From Alphaproteobacteria bacterium (lineage in GTDB: Bacteria; Pseudomonadota; Alphaproteobacteria; Paracaedibacterales; VGCI01): 64,000 bases of DNA. This document shows positions 35,515 to 44,448 of this stretch, piece after piece; position 1 is the first letter of the stretch, and the number at the start of each line of letters is the position of its first letter. The position numbers and the translations under genes are program-made. Location of the stretch: contig JAIESE010000013.1 in the NCBI GenBank assembly GCA_019746225.1, forward strand, positions 106,063 through 170,062, read 5' to 3'. The notes under the pieces were generated by a model. That model ran no database searches, was not told where the DNA came from, and was given only the letters and a program-made list of their open reading frames with translations.

Positions 35515-36719
35515 GTTAGATGCCCGAGTGTTCCATAAAACGGGACGATGACGGCCATTACAATCCACACCATTAACCCGCCCATCAGAAGGATAAGGCA
35601 TGGCTCTAACCACGAAATGACTGTATCAACTTTTCGAAAGGTTTGATGTTCATAGTAGGAGGCTGCTTGAGGAATAAGCTCCTTCAAGCGGCCCGTTTGC
35701 TCACTGAGTTTCAACAATCTCACCATCAATGGCGACAAGAGGGCTTTTTCATTTGAAAAAGTATCCGATAATCCCTCTCCTGCCGTAATTTTGCTTGAAA
35801 GAGTCGTAAGTTGTGCTTTGAGATAGGGATTGTGAATCACTTGAATCGCTTGGGTGAGAGAGGGAAGTAGGTCAACTCCTGCACTAATGAGCACGCCAAA
35901 AACATGCCAAAAATGCGTTAAGGCGATTGGACCATACAAAGGAAGACTTAAAGCAAATCGCGCTACATAATACCGCGTTTTCGGAAACACATACCCTAGA
36001 GCCAGACCCACCCCCATCATTAAAAGAACCAAAGGAATATAGGAGAGAATCGGCGCCAGATAAAGCAACAAACGCGTGGACAATGGGAGTTCTTTGATGC
36101 CCAGAGATCCAAGAAGAGCGGTCATGTTGGGAATGACAAAATCGATCATCACCAAAACCAAAATGATCATCAAACCAAAGAGGATGAGAGGTGATCTTAA
36201 GGCTTTTTGAATCTGATGATTCATTTTTTCAAGGTGTCTCAAATGACCTTCGAGGTGACGAAATTGAGGGGCAAACGTGCCTGTTTGTTCGGCTGCAGCA
36301 ATGAGTTTTTGAAACACCCTGTCAAATACTTTTGGATGTCGCGCTAATGCCTCAGACAACGGAATGCCAACTTGGACATCATCATGAAGGATATGCAGAA
36401 GCGTTTGAAACCCTCTATGAGATGATGATAAAGCCAAGTCATGTAAAGCTGTATCGATGGGAACGCCAGCCGCATCCAATTGAGCCATGTGGTGGCAAAA
36501 ATCGATCAGAAGTTCTCTTGGAATCTTGCGAAAAAGTCCGCCAGAAAACTTGTGGGACAGACGCGGCAAAAATCGCTCCGCACGACTTTCTTCACAACTG
36601 GTTAAGAGCAACCCCTCTTCTTTTAAGGATTTATAAACGCTATCGGTGGAAGCCGCGAAGCGATACCCGGAATGCCGTGTTCCTTTGGAGGATGTTGCTT
36701 TATAGGCATAGAGGGGCAT
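35511..36719 (-). CDS. Type II secretion / type IV pilus platform protein (GspF/PilC family)
   Basis: ~400 aa with two repeated cytoplasmic domains and three TM segments. Motifs typical of the T2SS F family. Confidence 0.88.
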   Translation of the reverse strand: MPLYAYKATSSKGTRHSGYRFAASTDSVYKSLKEEGLLLTSCEESRAERFLPRLSHKFSGGLFRKIPRELLIDFCHHMAQLDAAGVPIDTALHDLALSSSHRGFQTLLHILHDDVQVGIPLSEALARHPKVFDRVFQKLIAAAEQTGTFAPQFRHLEGHLRHLEKMNHQIQKALRSPLILFGLMIILVLVMIDFVIPNMTALLGSLGIKELPLSTRLLLYLAPILSYIPLVLLMMGVGLALGYVFPKTRYYVARFALSLPLYGPIALTHFWHVFGVLISAGVDLLPSLTQAIQVIHNPYLKAQLTTLSSKITAGEGLSDTFSNEKALLSPLMVRLLKLSEQTGRLKELIPQAASYYEHQTFRKVDTVISWLEPCLILLMGGLMVWIVMAVIVPFYGTLGHLT

Positions 36720-38449
36720 TAGGCATAGACTCCAATGACGCGGTCAATCTCTGAAAATGTCGTTTTGCCTTTCAAAACCTTTTTCACACCTCGATCCCAC
36801 AACGTTGGAATGTCCTGATCCTTTCCTTCTTTTCGTAAAATGCATTGTGGGCTTCCCTCTGCAATGAGGGTGGAAAGATCCTCATCAAAGAGGACAAGTT
36901 CTGCGACAGCTTCCCGGCCGCGATACCCTGTGAGTTGGCAAGCAGAACATCCGCTGGATTGGTACACATGTTTGATGGATTCGGGGAGGGCAAATTTGTT
37001 TCTCGTTTCATGGGTGATAATTTTCGTATGTCGACACTCTTCACATAAGCAGCGGATCAGACGTTGAGCCATACCAGCAATTAAATTTCCACTTAGAAGA
37101 GCTGGAGAAATGCCCAAATCTAAGAGGCGTTGAGGAATTGTAAAGCTATCTCGGGCATGTAGGGTTCCCAACACTAAATGTCCCGTCATAGCGGCTCGCA
37201 AGGCCATTTGCGCCGTTTCAGCATCTCGTATTTCGGAAATGAAAATCACATCTGGATCCTGGCGCAAAAGCGAACGCACACCCTCCGCAAATCGAAAAGG
37301 ACCGCCCTCACGAATTTCCGTTTGGTGAATATGGGGCAGATAATATTCGACGGGCTCTTCCAAGGTCATGATGTTTCGCGTCAGGGCGTCCATATGACTG
37401 AGGAGCGCATAAAGGGTGGTTGTCTTTCCAGCGCCGGTTGGACCACTCAAGACAATGAGACCTTGAGGGAGCTGGACAAGTCGTTCCAGAATTTGAATGT
37501 CTTCATCTTCAAAACCCAATTCATCTAAGGATCGAAGAGATTGGGTTTTGTCCAGGATTCGCAACACCAAATTTTCTCCATGAATCGTGGGGTGGCACGA
37601 TAGCCGAAAGTCAATCTCGCGTCCGCCAAGAGTCAAACTAAAGCGTCCATTTTGCGGGCGTCGCGACTCTGCAATATCAAGGCTTCCCATGATCTTCAAT
37701 CGCACAAGAATCCCTGACCACCGATCCTTATGTAAGGTGTGGGCTTGATGGAGTATTCCATCTTGTCGATAGTGGATATGAACACTGTGCGCCGTTGGGG
37801 ACAAATGAATATCAGAAGCATTGAGCCGAACAGCTGCTTGAATAAGCTCATTCACGAGGCGAACAACTTCCCCTTCTTGGGTGTCGACAGTGGGTTGAGG
37901 GTAGTAAATTTCAAGGGCTTGGGTAATTTCATCTTGTGTTGTGTGGTAGGGGATGAGAACGACTTGAGCCCCTAAAAGTTGGTGCAAGCGATCAAGAGCC
38001 ATAAGGTCTTCAGGATCAGACATGGCAATGTGAAACCCGCGGTCATCTTGGGCAAAGAGAATAAGGTTATAACGTTGCGCGAGTTCCATCGGAATTTGCT
38101 GCACAACAGACAGATCAAGGATTTGCTGGGAAAGAAGGATGTGAGGTAATCCTGACAAAGTCGACAAAGCTGTTACGAGTTGCGGTGAGGAAAGGAATCC
38201 CAAAGCCAACAATACTTCGCCTAACCGCTTCTGACGTCGGGACTGCTCTTTTAAGGCAACGGCCAGTTGATCCGGGGTAATCCAATTTTTTGAAACCAAC
38301 CAATCCCCTAACTTAATGCCTTTGGGACGCTGATTCTGAGGTGGTGGGAGGGCAATGGAAGGTTGAAAGGATGGGGTATAATCAGTTTGAAAATTATCAA
38401 ATTGGTCGGTGAAGGTCTCGTTTTTCTTATATAAGGGATACCCCATCAT
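36719..38449 (-). CDS. GspE/PilB/MshE-family secretion ATPase with an N-terminal MshEN-like domain
   Basis: Walker A GPTGAGKTTT, Asp and His boxes, and the tetracysteine CLCEEC...GCSAC. Tandem N-terminal (K/R)LGxxL(V/L)xx..(I/L)xxxxLxxxL motifs. Confidence 0.92.
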   Translation of the reverse strand: MMGYPLYKKNETFTDQFDNFQTDYTPSFQPSIALPPPQNQRPKGIKLGDWLVSKNWITPDQLAVALKEQSRRQKRLGEVLLALGFLSSPQLVTALSTLSGLPHILLSQQILDLSVVQQIPMELAQRYNLILFAQDDRGFHIAMSDPEDLMALDRLHQLLGAQVVLIPYHTTQDEITQALEIYYPQPTVDTQEGEVVRLVNELIQAAVRLNASDIHLSPTAHSVHIHYRQDGILHQAHTLHKDRWSGILVRLKIMGSLDIAESRRPQNGRFSLTLGGREIDFRLSCHPTIHGENLVLRILDKTQSLRSLDELGFEDEDIQILERLVQLPQGLIVLSGPTGAGKTTTLYALLSHMDALTRNIMTLEEPVEYYLPHIHQTEIREGGPFRFAEGVRSLLRQDPDVIFISEIRDAETAQMALRAAMTGHLVLGTLHARDSFTIPQRLLDLGISPALLSGNLIAGMAQRLIRCLCEECRHTKIITHETRNKFALPESIKHVYQSSGCSACQLTGYRGREAVAELVLFDEDLSTLIAEGSPQCILRKEGKDQDIPTLWDRGVKKVLKGKTTFSEIDRVIGVYA

Positions 38450-38535
38450 GAACTCTTTTCACGTTATTGGTTGCATGTTGAGGTTTACATCCAGCATCAG
38501 TAGATAAACTGGACTCCCCATCCTCGTCGTTTCAC

Positions 38536-38549
38536 TCCTCACAATGACA
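38536..38549. repeat. Degenerate half-copy of the GTCATTGCGAGG family (reverse orientation)
   Basis: The reverse complement of CTCCTCACAATGAC is GTCATTGTGAGGAG. Confidence 0.45.
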
Positions 38550-38724
38550 CCGCTTAAAATGATAAATTTACATACTAAACGGATAAATCACCTTAGAGGA
38601 TATCCCCCTAGAAACAAACGAGTAACATTGTCACGGTTGCTCATTTTTCAGAAAACCTTGGTTTCTCATAAACTTAATATTAATGATTTTTTGGAATAAT
38701 GAAGGCTGAGGGTGGAATACATTC

Positions 38725-39894
38725 ATGAAGAGCAGACTATTTATTTTTTCGTTAATTATGCAATTGATCCTCATTTGCCAAAATTTAGCATCCGTAAAAT
38801 TTGCGCAAGTGTCAGACCCCCACATCTTTGAAGACGCAAAACGGGCGGAGGATGCGAAAATTTCTGCCGCTGATTTTCTTGTCGTGGTCGAAAAAATAAA
38901 TAACATGTCAAAAGAGTCAAAGGTGCCGCTAAGTTTCATTGTTTTAACAGGAGATCTTGGGATTGGTAAACTTATAAAGCCGAAGGAGGTCGGAACCCTA
39001 CATCTGATCAAAGATGTGGACAAGTGGGACCAAGCTAAAGTGACTCTGGCTCAAATTCTCAAAGTCTCAACCGTAAAGAAGTGGCTGATTGTGCCCGGAA
39101 ACAACGACCTTTTTGAAGAGAATCCAGAATCGGTCAAGTTTTATGAGGATTTCTTGAAAGAAGTTCAAGAGATGCCGGAGATCAAGGCCGCAGGTCTTTC
39201 AATTGTGGATTTCCGCCTTGAAGCCCCTCGAAGCGCCCAACCAAAATCCCCCCCGGGGGTGTATGTGATTAAAGATTACGTCTTTGTGGGCTGGGACAAT
39301 GCCTTCTTTAAAAACAATGATTCTGTCAAACCCTTTATGACCAAGGACCATAAGGTTGTCCCTTTTGCCAAGACCCTTGAGTATAAAAGCGTGCAAAAAT
39401 TGTCGAGAGCCTTGCAATCCTCAAAGGCAAAATATGCTTATATTTTTTATCACATCCCGGAAATTGATGACCCTTACATGATCAAGCTCAATGAAAATGA
39501 AAAAGGAAATGTGGTCTCGAAGCGAATGGATGAGGCCAAAAGTTTGTCCCTTGAATTTGCGAAAGGAATTTATCCGTATTCTGCTTGGACGGTGCCCTTA
39601 GAAGTGCGCCAACTATGGGAGAAAGTTGCGACGAACCAGGCTTTCCGAACGCCCGTTATCAAAGGTTTATTTGCCGGTCATTTCCACGATCATAAGAAAA
39701 ATACGTACGAGACAACGACCTGGGTAAAAGATACGCGCTATAAATCAGATATATTGAAGAAGCTTTATCTGGATCCCCCTATATCCATAAAGTATCAAGA
39801 AAAAAAGCCCCCTACCGATCGTGCCCGGGGAGCCCAAATCGTGACCATTGACGATCAGGGCAACGTGAGCCGTGAGATCTTTTGGTTGGATTAG
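38725..39894 (+). CDS. Secreted calcineurin-like metallophosphoesterase
   Basis: Signal peptide plus the SDPH, LTGDLG, PGNND, YHIPE and GHFHDH metal-ligand blocks in canonical order. Confidence 0.8.
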   Translation: MKSRLFIFSLIMQLILICQNLASVKFAQVSDPHIFEDAKRAEDAKISAADFLVVVEKINNMSKESKVPLSFIVLTGDLGIGKLIKPKEVGTLHLIKDVDKWDQAKVTLAQILKVSTVKKWLIVPGNNDLFEENPESVKFYEDFLKEVQEMPEIKAAGLSIVDFRLEAPRSAQPKSPPGVYVIKDYVFVGWDNAFFKNNDSVKPFMTKDHKVVPFAKTLEYKSVQKLSRALQSSKAKYAYIFYHIPEIDDPYMIKLNENEKGNVVSKRMDEAKSLSLEFAKGIYPYSAWTVPLEVRQLWEKVATNQAFRTPVIKGLFAGHFHDHKKNTYETTTWVKDTRYKSDILKKLYLDPPISIKYQEKKPPTDRARGAQIVTIDDQGNVSREIFWLD

Positions 39895-39997
39895 ATGAGC
39901 TTCACTATTCTGTGGTGTTGGTTTCGAAAGCAAGGACTTTCACATCTTTTTGGGGGTGGCAGGCTCCATTTAACGGGCCTACCACCCTACTCAAGCT

Positions 39998-41593
39998 TTA
40001 CTTAATGAGTGGCTTCATGATTTTTTCAAACCAGTTATATAAATGTAGATTTAACGTCAATGCACGTCTGCCATGGTAAACCCGGGTATGATCCGTGTCG
40101 GTTTCTGTTCCAAAGATAAAGGATTGGATATCCCCACCCATAATGTCACTCAACGTTTCTTGCTTGAAAATTTCAGCGAGTGTAACTTTTTCGAAATTGT
40201 CCCCCACACACTCAACAAATTCCATATTTTGGAGAAGGTCATCGAATGTTAACTCACGATATGAGTCTCTTAAATACGTTGTTTGAAGGAGCTGTTCTGC
40301 TTTTATGCTTCCTACAAGCTCTAAAAGCTGAGCATCTGAATTATACCCAATAAAGTCAGAGAATTTTACATCTTTATAAATGTCACATACCCTCTTGTCA
40401 GCATAAATATCCGCTATTGAAATGGCTTCATCGCTATGGAAACGTTCTGTATAGCAAAAAGGATCACTTTGTTTGGGATCTGATTTCTCTTCTATTTTTT
40501 TAAAAAATAGCTGCGTTTTTGTCATTGTTGAAATGGGCATTTGTGAACCGACAACGAAGAGACCCGTTGTTAGTGAATGCTTCCATCTTTCCATTAAAAT
40601 GTGAAAGGAGTTAGCTGGATTGAAAGACTCAGCGAGCAAGGGGGTAATCTGATAAATATGATTTTCATGAAGCAAGCGAAAACCTGCTGCTATCGCTAGA
40701 GGTCGTGATTCAGCAGGTACAACGCCACTATTAACAACGGCTAATAGTCGTCCAGCTATATCTGCAATTATATTTGCAATTTTCATATAGTTTTGAGGTG
40801 AGCCGCCTTCAGTATTAGGCATGAGTTGGTCATTCATATGGGCTTGATCATGAATAAATAAAAGAATGGGAAGGTCAAATAAATACCCATGAGCCTTTGC
40901 AAAATCTTTATTGAGCCCATAAAGAGCTTTCTTTTGCCACGTTGCATAAAGGTAATCCTCTTCAGTGTAGATTGCATTTTCACCGGTTAAAATAACGGGC
41001 ATAAAATGCTCGCAAGTTAGTTCATAACCAAAGCTTGTTCTTTCTTCAAAAGGTGCGTCTAAGCCTTTATCTATATGGTGTGTGCCCTTTTTAGCATAGA
41101 AGAGTTTATGATTCGTAACCTCATTATAAATTCCATCATTCGTCGTATTTTTAGGGAGAGAATAACTAGGATCAAAAATTTCTGGTGATAATAACAAGCT
41201 TGCAGCCTCAGCTACTTTTAACATATCAACCCCAGTTAATTCTTGTTTTGTTGTTGCCTCATGCAATCTGCAGGCAGCACCAAACATGGTATTGTAGGTA
41301 AGATCTGAAGGGGTAATATCTTCCTTGCCTGTCTGAGGTAAGTCCATCTTTACAAGCCCCGTCTTTTGAAATATTTCAGCGTAGGGTAGATTCTTGAATC
41401 GAGCATTATTTTCATCCAAAACAGTTTTTACTGTAAAGGCTATAACCTCTTTAACATTAGAGGGAAATGTTTGAGGGGTGTATCGATCACTTATTGGTCT
41501 TTGTCCGTCATGCTCCATTGCTTTTGTGCAGTCAGCACCCACAAGAAGCGTTAAAAGTACGGGTATTGCGTAATGTAATTTGAATTTAAACAT
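39998..41593 (-). CDS. Large secreted hypothetical protein (ORFan)
   Basis: Signal peptide MFKFKLHYAIPVLLTLLVGADC. 531 aa, AT-rich, no family recognised. Confidence 0.55.
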   Translation of the reverse strand: MFKFKLHYAIPVLLTLLVGADCTKAMEHDGQRPISDRYTPQTFPSNVKEVIAFTVKTVLDENNARFKNLPYAEIFQKTGLVKMDLPQTGKEDITPSDLTYNTMFGAACRLHEATTKQELTGVDMLKVAEAASLLLSPEIFDPSYSLPKNTTNDGIYNEVTNHKLFYAKKGTHHIDKGLDAPFEERTSFGYELTCEHFMPVILTGENAIYTEEDYLYATWQKKALYGLNKDFAKAHGYLFDLPILLFIHDQAHMNDQLMPNTEGGSPQNYMKIANIIADIAGRLLAVVNSGVVPAESRPLAIAAGFRLLHENHIYQITPLLAESFNPANSFHILMERWKHSLTTGLFVVGSQMPISTMTKTQLFFKKIEEKSDPKQSDPFCYTERFHSDEAISIADIYADKRVCDIYKDVKFSDFIGYNSDAQLLELVGSIKAEQLLQTTYLRDSYRELTFDDLLQNMEFVECVGDNFEKVTLAEIFKQETLSDIMGGDIQSFIFGTETDTDHTRVYHGRRALTLNLHLYNWFEKIMKPLIK

Positions 41594-41740
41594 CTGTTGC
41601 TCTCATAAAATTATTAATAAATTGGGATTCAAAATATATATAGTTATTTATTTTAGAAATGCAATAAATAAATTTTTAACTATGGAGAATACTAACCAAA
41701 TGACGACGACGGCTGAAATCTCACTTCTTATACAGATCGA

Positions 41741-41822
41741 CCACCGTGTCTCGACACGGGTGAGATCTTCTTTAGCATTTGTCAGACTTTGCATGACTTT
41801 CATAAATTCTTTGGGATGGTTA
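41741..41822 (-). pseudogene. Decayed duplicate of the 3' end of the ABC-F gene uup
   Basis: The translation NHPKEFMKVMQSLTNAKEDLTRVETRW compares with NHPQEFMKVTEALTKAKEELARTETRW at the Uup C-terminus. By eye about 70% nt identity to 42701-42782, same orientation. Confidence 0.6.
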
Positions 41823-41927
41823 ACGCCTCCAGAGGCTTTTAATAATAATTTACGCCGTGTTGCACTTCGCGCTCGAAGGTGGCGTAGGTTCTTGTTTACA
41901 TATATAGACAACTATTTCTTGTTTCGT

Positions 41928-41953
41928 TTATGTAAAAACTTTATGTAAAAACT
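41928..41953 (+). promoter_or_regulatory. Perfect 13-bp tandem direct repeat TTATGTAAAAACT x2 upstream of the 42018 gene
   Basis: Units at 41928-41940 and 41941-41953, about 65 nt upstream of the ATG. Confidence 0.35.
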
Positions 41954-42017
41954 TCTTGAAAATAAATATATATGTTCATATATATAGCTTACAGTACATG
42001 TTGAACCTACCCAATTT

Positions 42018-42647
42018 ATGAAGGAACAAAATATGATCAACGCAATACTAAGTAAAATCAATCAACTAGTTTTTATGGGGCTTTTTCTTGTAAGCAGTGT
42101 CATAGCCATGGACCAAGTTGAAAAGAAGGTAATAACACCTCAGAATTCAACGGTCGTTTATTATAAGTTAGCAAATGAAGCTTGCACACTCCTTCTACAA
42201 GAGTACGCAGCAAAAGGCGGTGATGAGATCGTCCCTGGTTTTGCCCATGAGACGGTAACTGCTCAAAACGCTATAACACGGGTTAAAACAGCTTTCCGGA
42301 CAAACATCCTTGGGTGTGGATTGCATCCGGGAATTCCCGAAAAACTTTGGAGTGAGAAGCCCTATAGCGGGTTGAGGGGTACAATAAAATTCGGAAATCA
42401 CAGATTGATTCTTAAGGTTCGTGAACTGTACGAGCAATACTATGTCCTTAATGATGGTGTCAAACTAAGAGACATAGTCAATAATTTTGACTATATCGAG
42501 CATCCTTACATTGATTATAGTAAAGGCTTTTCTCCAAAAATGCCTGGAGAGATGAACGAGGGCGAGAGAGCCTATGTTCAAGGGTTAATAGAGGCGTATG
42601 ATCAGGCAAATCCTAATCAACAAACCCCTGATTGTGTTGTTATGTAA
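42018..42647 (+). CDS. Secreted hypothetical protein (ORFan)
   Basis: Signal/anchor segment LVFMGLFLVSSVIAMD. 209 aa, AT-rich. Confidence 0.5.
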   Translation: MKEQNMINAILSKINQLVFMGLFLVSSVIAMDQVEKKVITPQNSTVVYYKLANEACTLLLQEYAAKGGDEIVPGFAHETVTAQNAITRVKTAFRTNILGCGLHPGIPEKLWSEKPYSGLRGTIKFGNHRLILKVRELYEQYYVLNDGVKLRDIVNNFDYIEHPYIDYSKGFSPKMPGEMNEGERAYVQGLIEAYDQANPNQQTPDCVVM

Positions 42648-42664
42648 AATTCCAATATGAGTCC

Positions 42665-44446
42665 CTATGAAGAGCTGGTCATCACTTCATCCAATTCCAG
42701 CCACCGCGTTTCAGTACGTGCCAGCTCTTCCTTGGCTTTTGTGAGCGCTTCAGTAACTTTCATGAATTCTTGTGGGTGGTTTTGATAGAAAGAGGGGTCT
42801 TCGAGGCGCGCTTCAGCGGTCGAAATCTTTTTCATCAATTCATCCATGCGAGCGGGCAGAAGGTCGTATTCGCGCTTTTCATTGTAGGTGATTTTCCGAA
42901 TCTGTTTGGGCCGTTCCACAACTTCTTTAGGCACTTTAAGGGATTTCACAGCCTCTTTTTGGTGAGGAAATTGCCGGATATAATCTTGATAACCGCCGAC
43001 ACATTCACGAATCAAGCCATCGCCTTCGAGGGCAATAATCGACGTGGTGAGGCGATCCAGAAAGTCACGATCGTGGCTGACGATAAGGAGAGTCCCTGTA
43101 AAGTCGCTGACCATCTCAATCAACAAATCGAGGGTATCCATATCAAGGTCGTTGGTGGGCTCATCGAGGATCAAAACATTGCCGGGGCGTGTAAGCGCTT
43201 TGGCCAGAGCCAGGCGATTTTTCTCGCCACCAGATAAGATGCTCACGGGAGAACGCGCTTGTTTTTCTTCAAACAAAAAGTCTTTGAGGTACGCCATCAC
43301 ATGGCGGGGTTGCCCTTGAACCAAGACGTGATCACCGCCGGTGTCACACAAGGTTTGCCATAAGGTATCGTTGGGTTTTAAGGTGTCACGCAGCTGATCA
43401 AAATAGATAAGATCGATATTGGTCCCAAGGCGAACGGTTCCTGAATCAGGGGGCATAACGCCGGCCAACATGCGGATGAGAGTCGTTTTTCCCGTGCCAT
43501 TGGGGCCGATAATGCCTATGCGATCTCCGCGTAAAATCCGTGTTGAAAAGTCCTGAATAAGGGGTTTGCCGCCCAGTGTTTTGCTGATGGATTTGGCTTC
43601 GATGACCAATCTGCTCCCGCCTTCCGCATCCGCCCCGGCCATTTTCAATTTTCCAATTTGTCCTGACAAGAAGGCACGCTTTTCCTCTCGTAACGTATGG
43701 AGTTGGCGCAAGCGCCCTTGGTTGCGTTTCCGCCTGGCTGTAACACCCCGATGCAACCATTCCATTTCTTGTTTGAGTTTGGTGTTCATCTTACTGAAGG
43801 TCTTTTCTTCCTCCGCGAGCAAATGATCGGACCAATTTTCAAAGTCCGCGAACCCTTTATTATGGCGATGCAACAGACCCCGATCCAACCAAAGGCAAGA
43901 GGTTGAAACGCGCTCTAGAAACGTGCGGTCATGGCTGATACTAAGCAACGCGCCGGTATATTGACGCAAATACTCTTCGAGCCATTCGATAGTGGGAAGG
44001 TCCAGATGGTTGGTGGGCTCATCCAGTAACAGCACGTCCGGATCACCTACGAGCGCACGCGCCAAAGCTACACGACGACGCTCGCCGCCTGAAAAACCAT
44101 CCATCATCCGATCACGATCCATTTTCAGAAGGTCAAGAATCTCGTCCGCTTCGAACGGGGCACAGCCTGACTGCATGACAAATTGCTTGGGAGTTTGGTC
44201 CGCCTCGAGCCACACATCTTGCGGTAAATAGGAGATGCGGGTGCCAGGTTGAACAAAGCGCTCGCCGTTATCTATGTCCATTTGACCACAAACAATTTTT
44301 AAGAAGGTAGATTTGCCAGACCCATTTCGCCCCACCAAACAGGTTTTATCACCTTTGGAAATATTGTTGAATAACCCCTCAAATAAGGGCTTTCCCCCAA
44401 AGGTCAGCGAGATATCGCGCAAAGAAATAAGAGGAGGGAGTGCCAT
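42665..44446 (-). CDS. uup: ABC-F family ATPase (Uup-like)
   Basis: Two ABC cassettes (GRNGSGKST and GPNGTGKTT; two LSGGE signatures), no TM domain, C-terminal coiled coil. Confidence 0.9.
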   Translation of the reverse strand: MALPPLISLRDISLTFGGKPLFEGLFNNISKGDKTCLVGRNGSGKSTFLKIVCGQMDIDNGERFVQPGTRISYLPQDVWLEADQTPKQFVMQSGCAPFEADEILDLLKMDRDRMMDGFSGGERRRVALARALVGDPDVLLLDEPTNHLDLPTIEWLEEYLRQYTGALLSISHDRTFLERVSTSCLWLDRGLLHRHNKGFADFENWSDHLLAEEEKTFSKMNTKLKQEMEWLHRGVTARRKRNQGRLRQLHTLREEKRAFLSGQIGKLKMAGADAEGGSRLVIEAKSISKTLGGKPLIQDFSTRILRGDRIGIIGPNGTGKTTLIRMLAGVMPPDSGTVRLGTNIDLIYFDQLRDTLKPNDTLWQTLCDTGGDHVLVQGQPRHVMAYLKDFLFEEKQARSPVSILSGGEKNRLALAKALTRPGNVLILDEPTNDLDMDTLDLLIEMVSDFTGTLLIVSHDRDFLDRLTTSIIALEGDGLIRECVGGYQDYIRQFPHQKEAVKSLKVPKEVVERPKQIRKITYNEKREYDLLPARMDELMKKISTAEARLEDPSFYQNHPQEFMKVTEALTKAKEELARTETRWLELDEVMTSSS

Positions 44447-44448
44447 AC

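Noticed and set aside
41546-41570. A possible fourth copy of the GTATT box (AGCGTTAAAAGTACGGGTATTGCG)
   Set aside because: About 16 of 24 positions match, with an extra base that breaks the 11-bp phase. It lies inside the signal-peptide coding region of the minus-strand ORFan and has no good -10 downstream. A degenerate TTTATTTATTGCAT on the minus strand at ~41655-41668 is likewise too weak.
41580-41948. ORFs 41580..41948(+) and 41648..41911(-) between the 531-aa ORFan and the 42018 gene
   Set aside because: The minus-strand ORF is open only because it contains the decayed uup 3' relic, and the plus-strand ORF is its shadow. I annotated the relic as a pseudogene instead.
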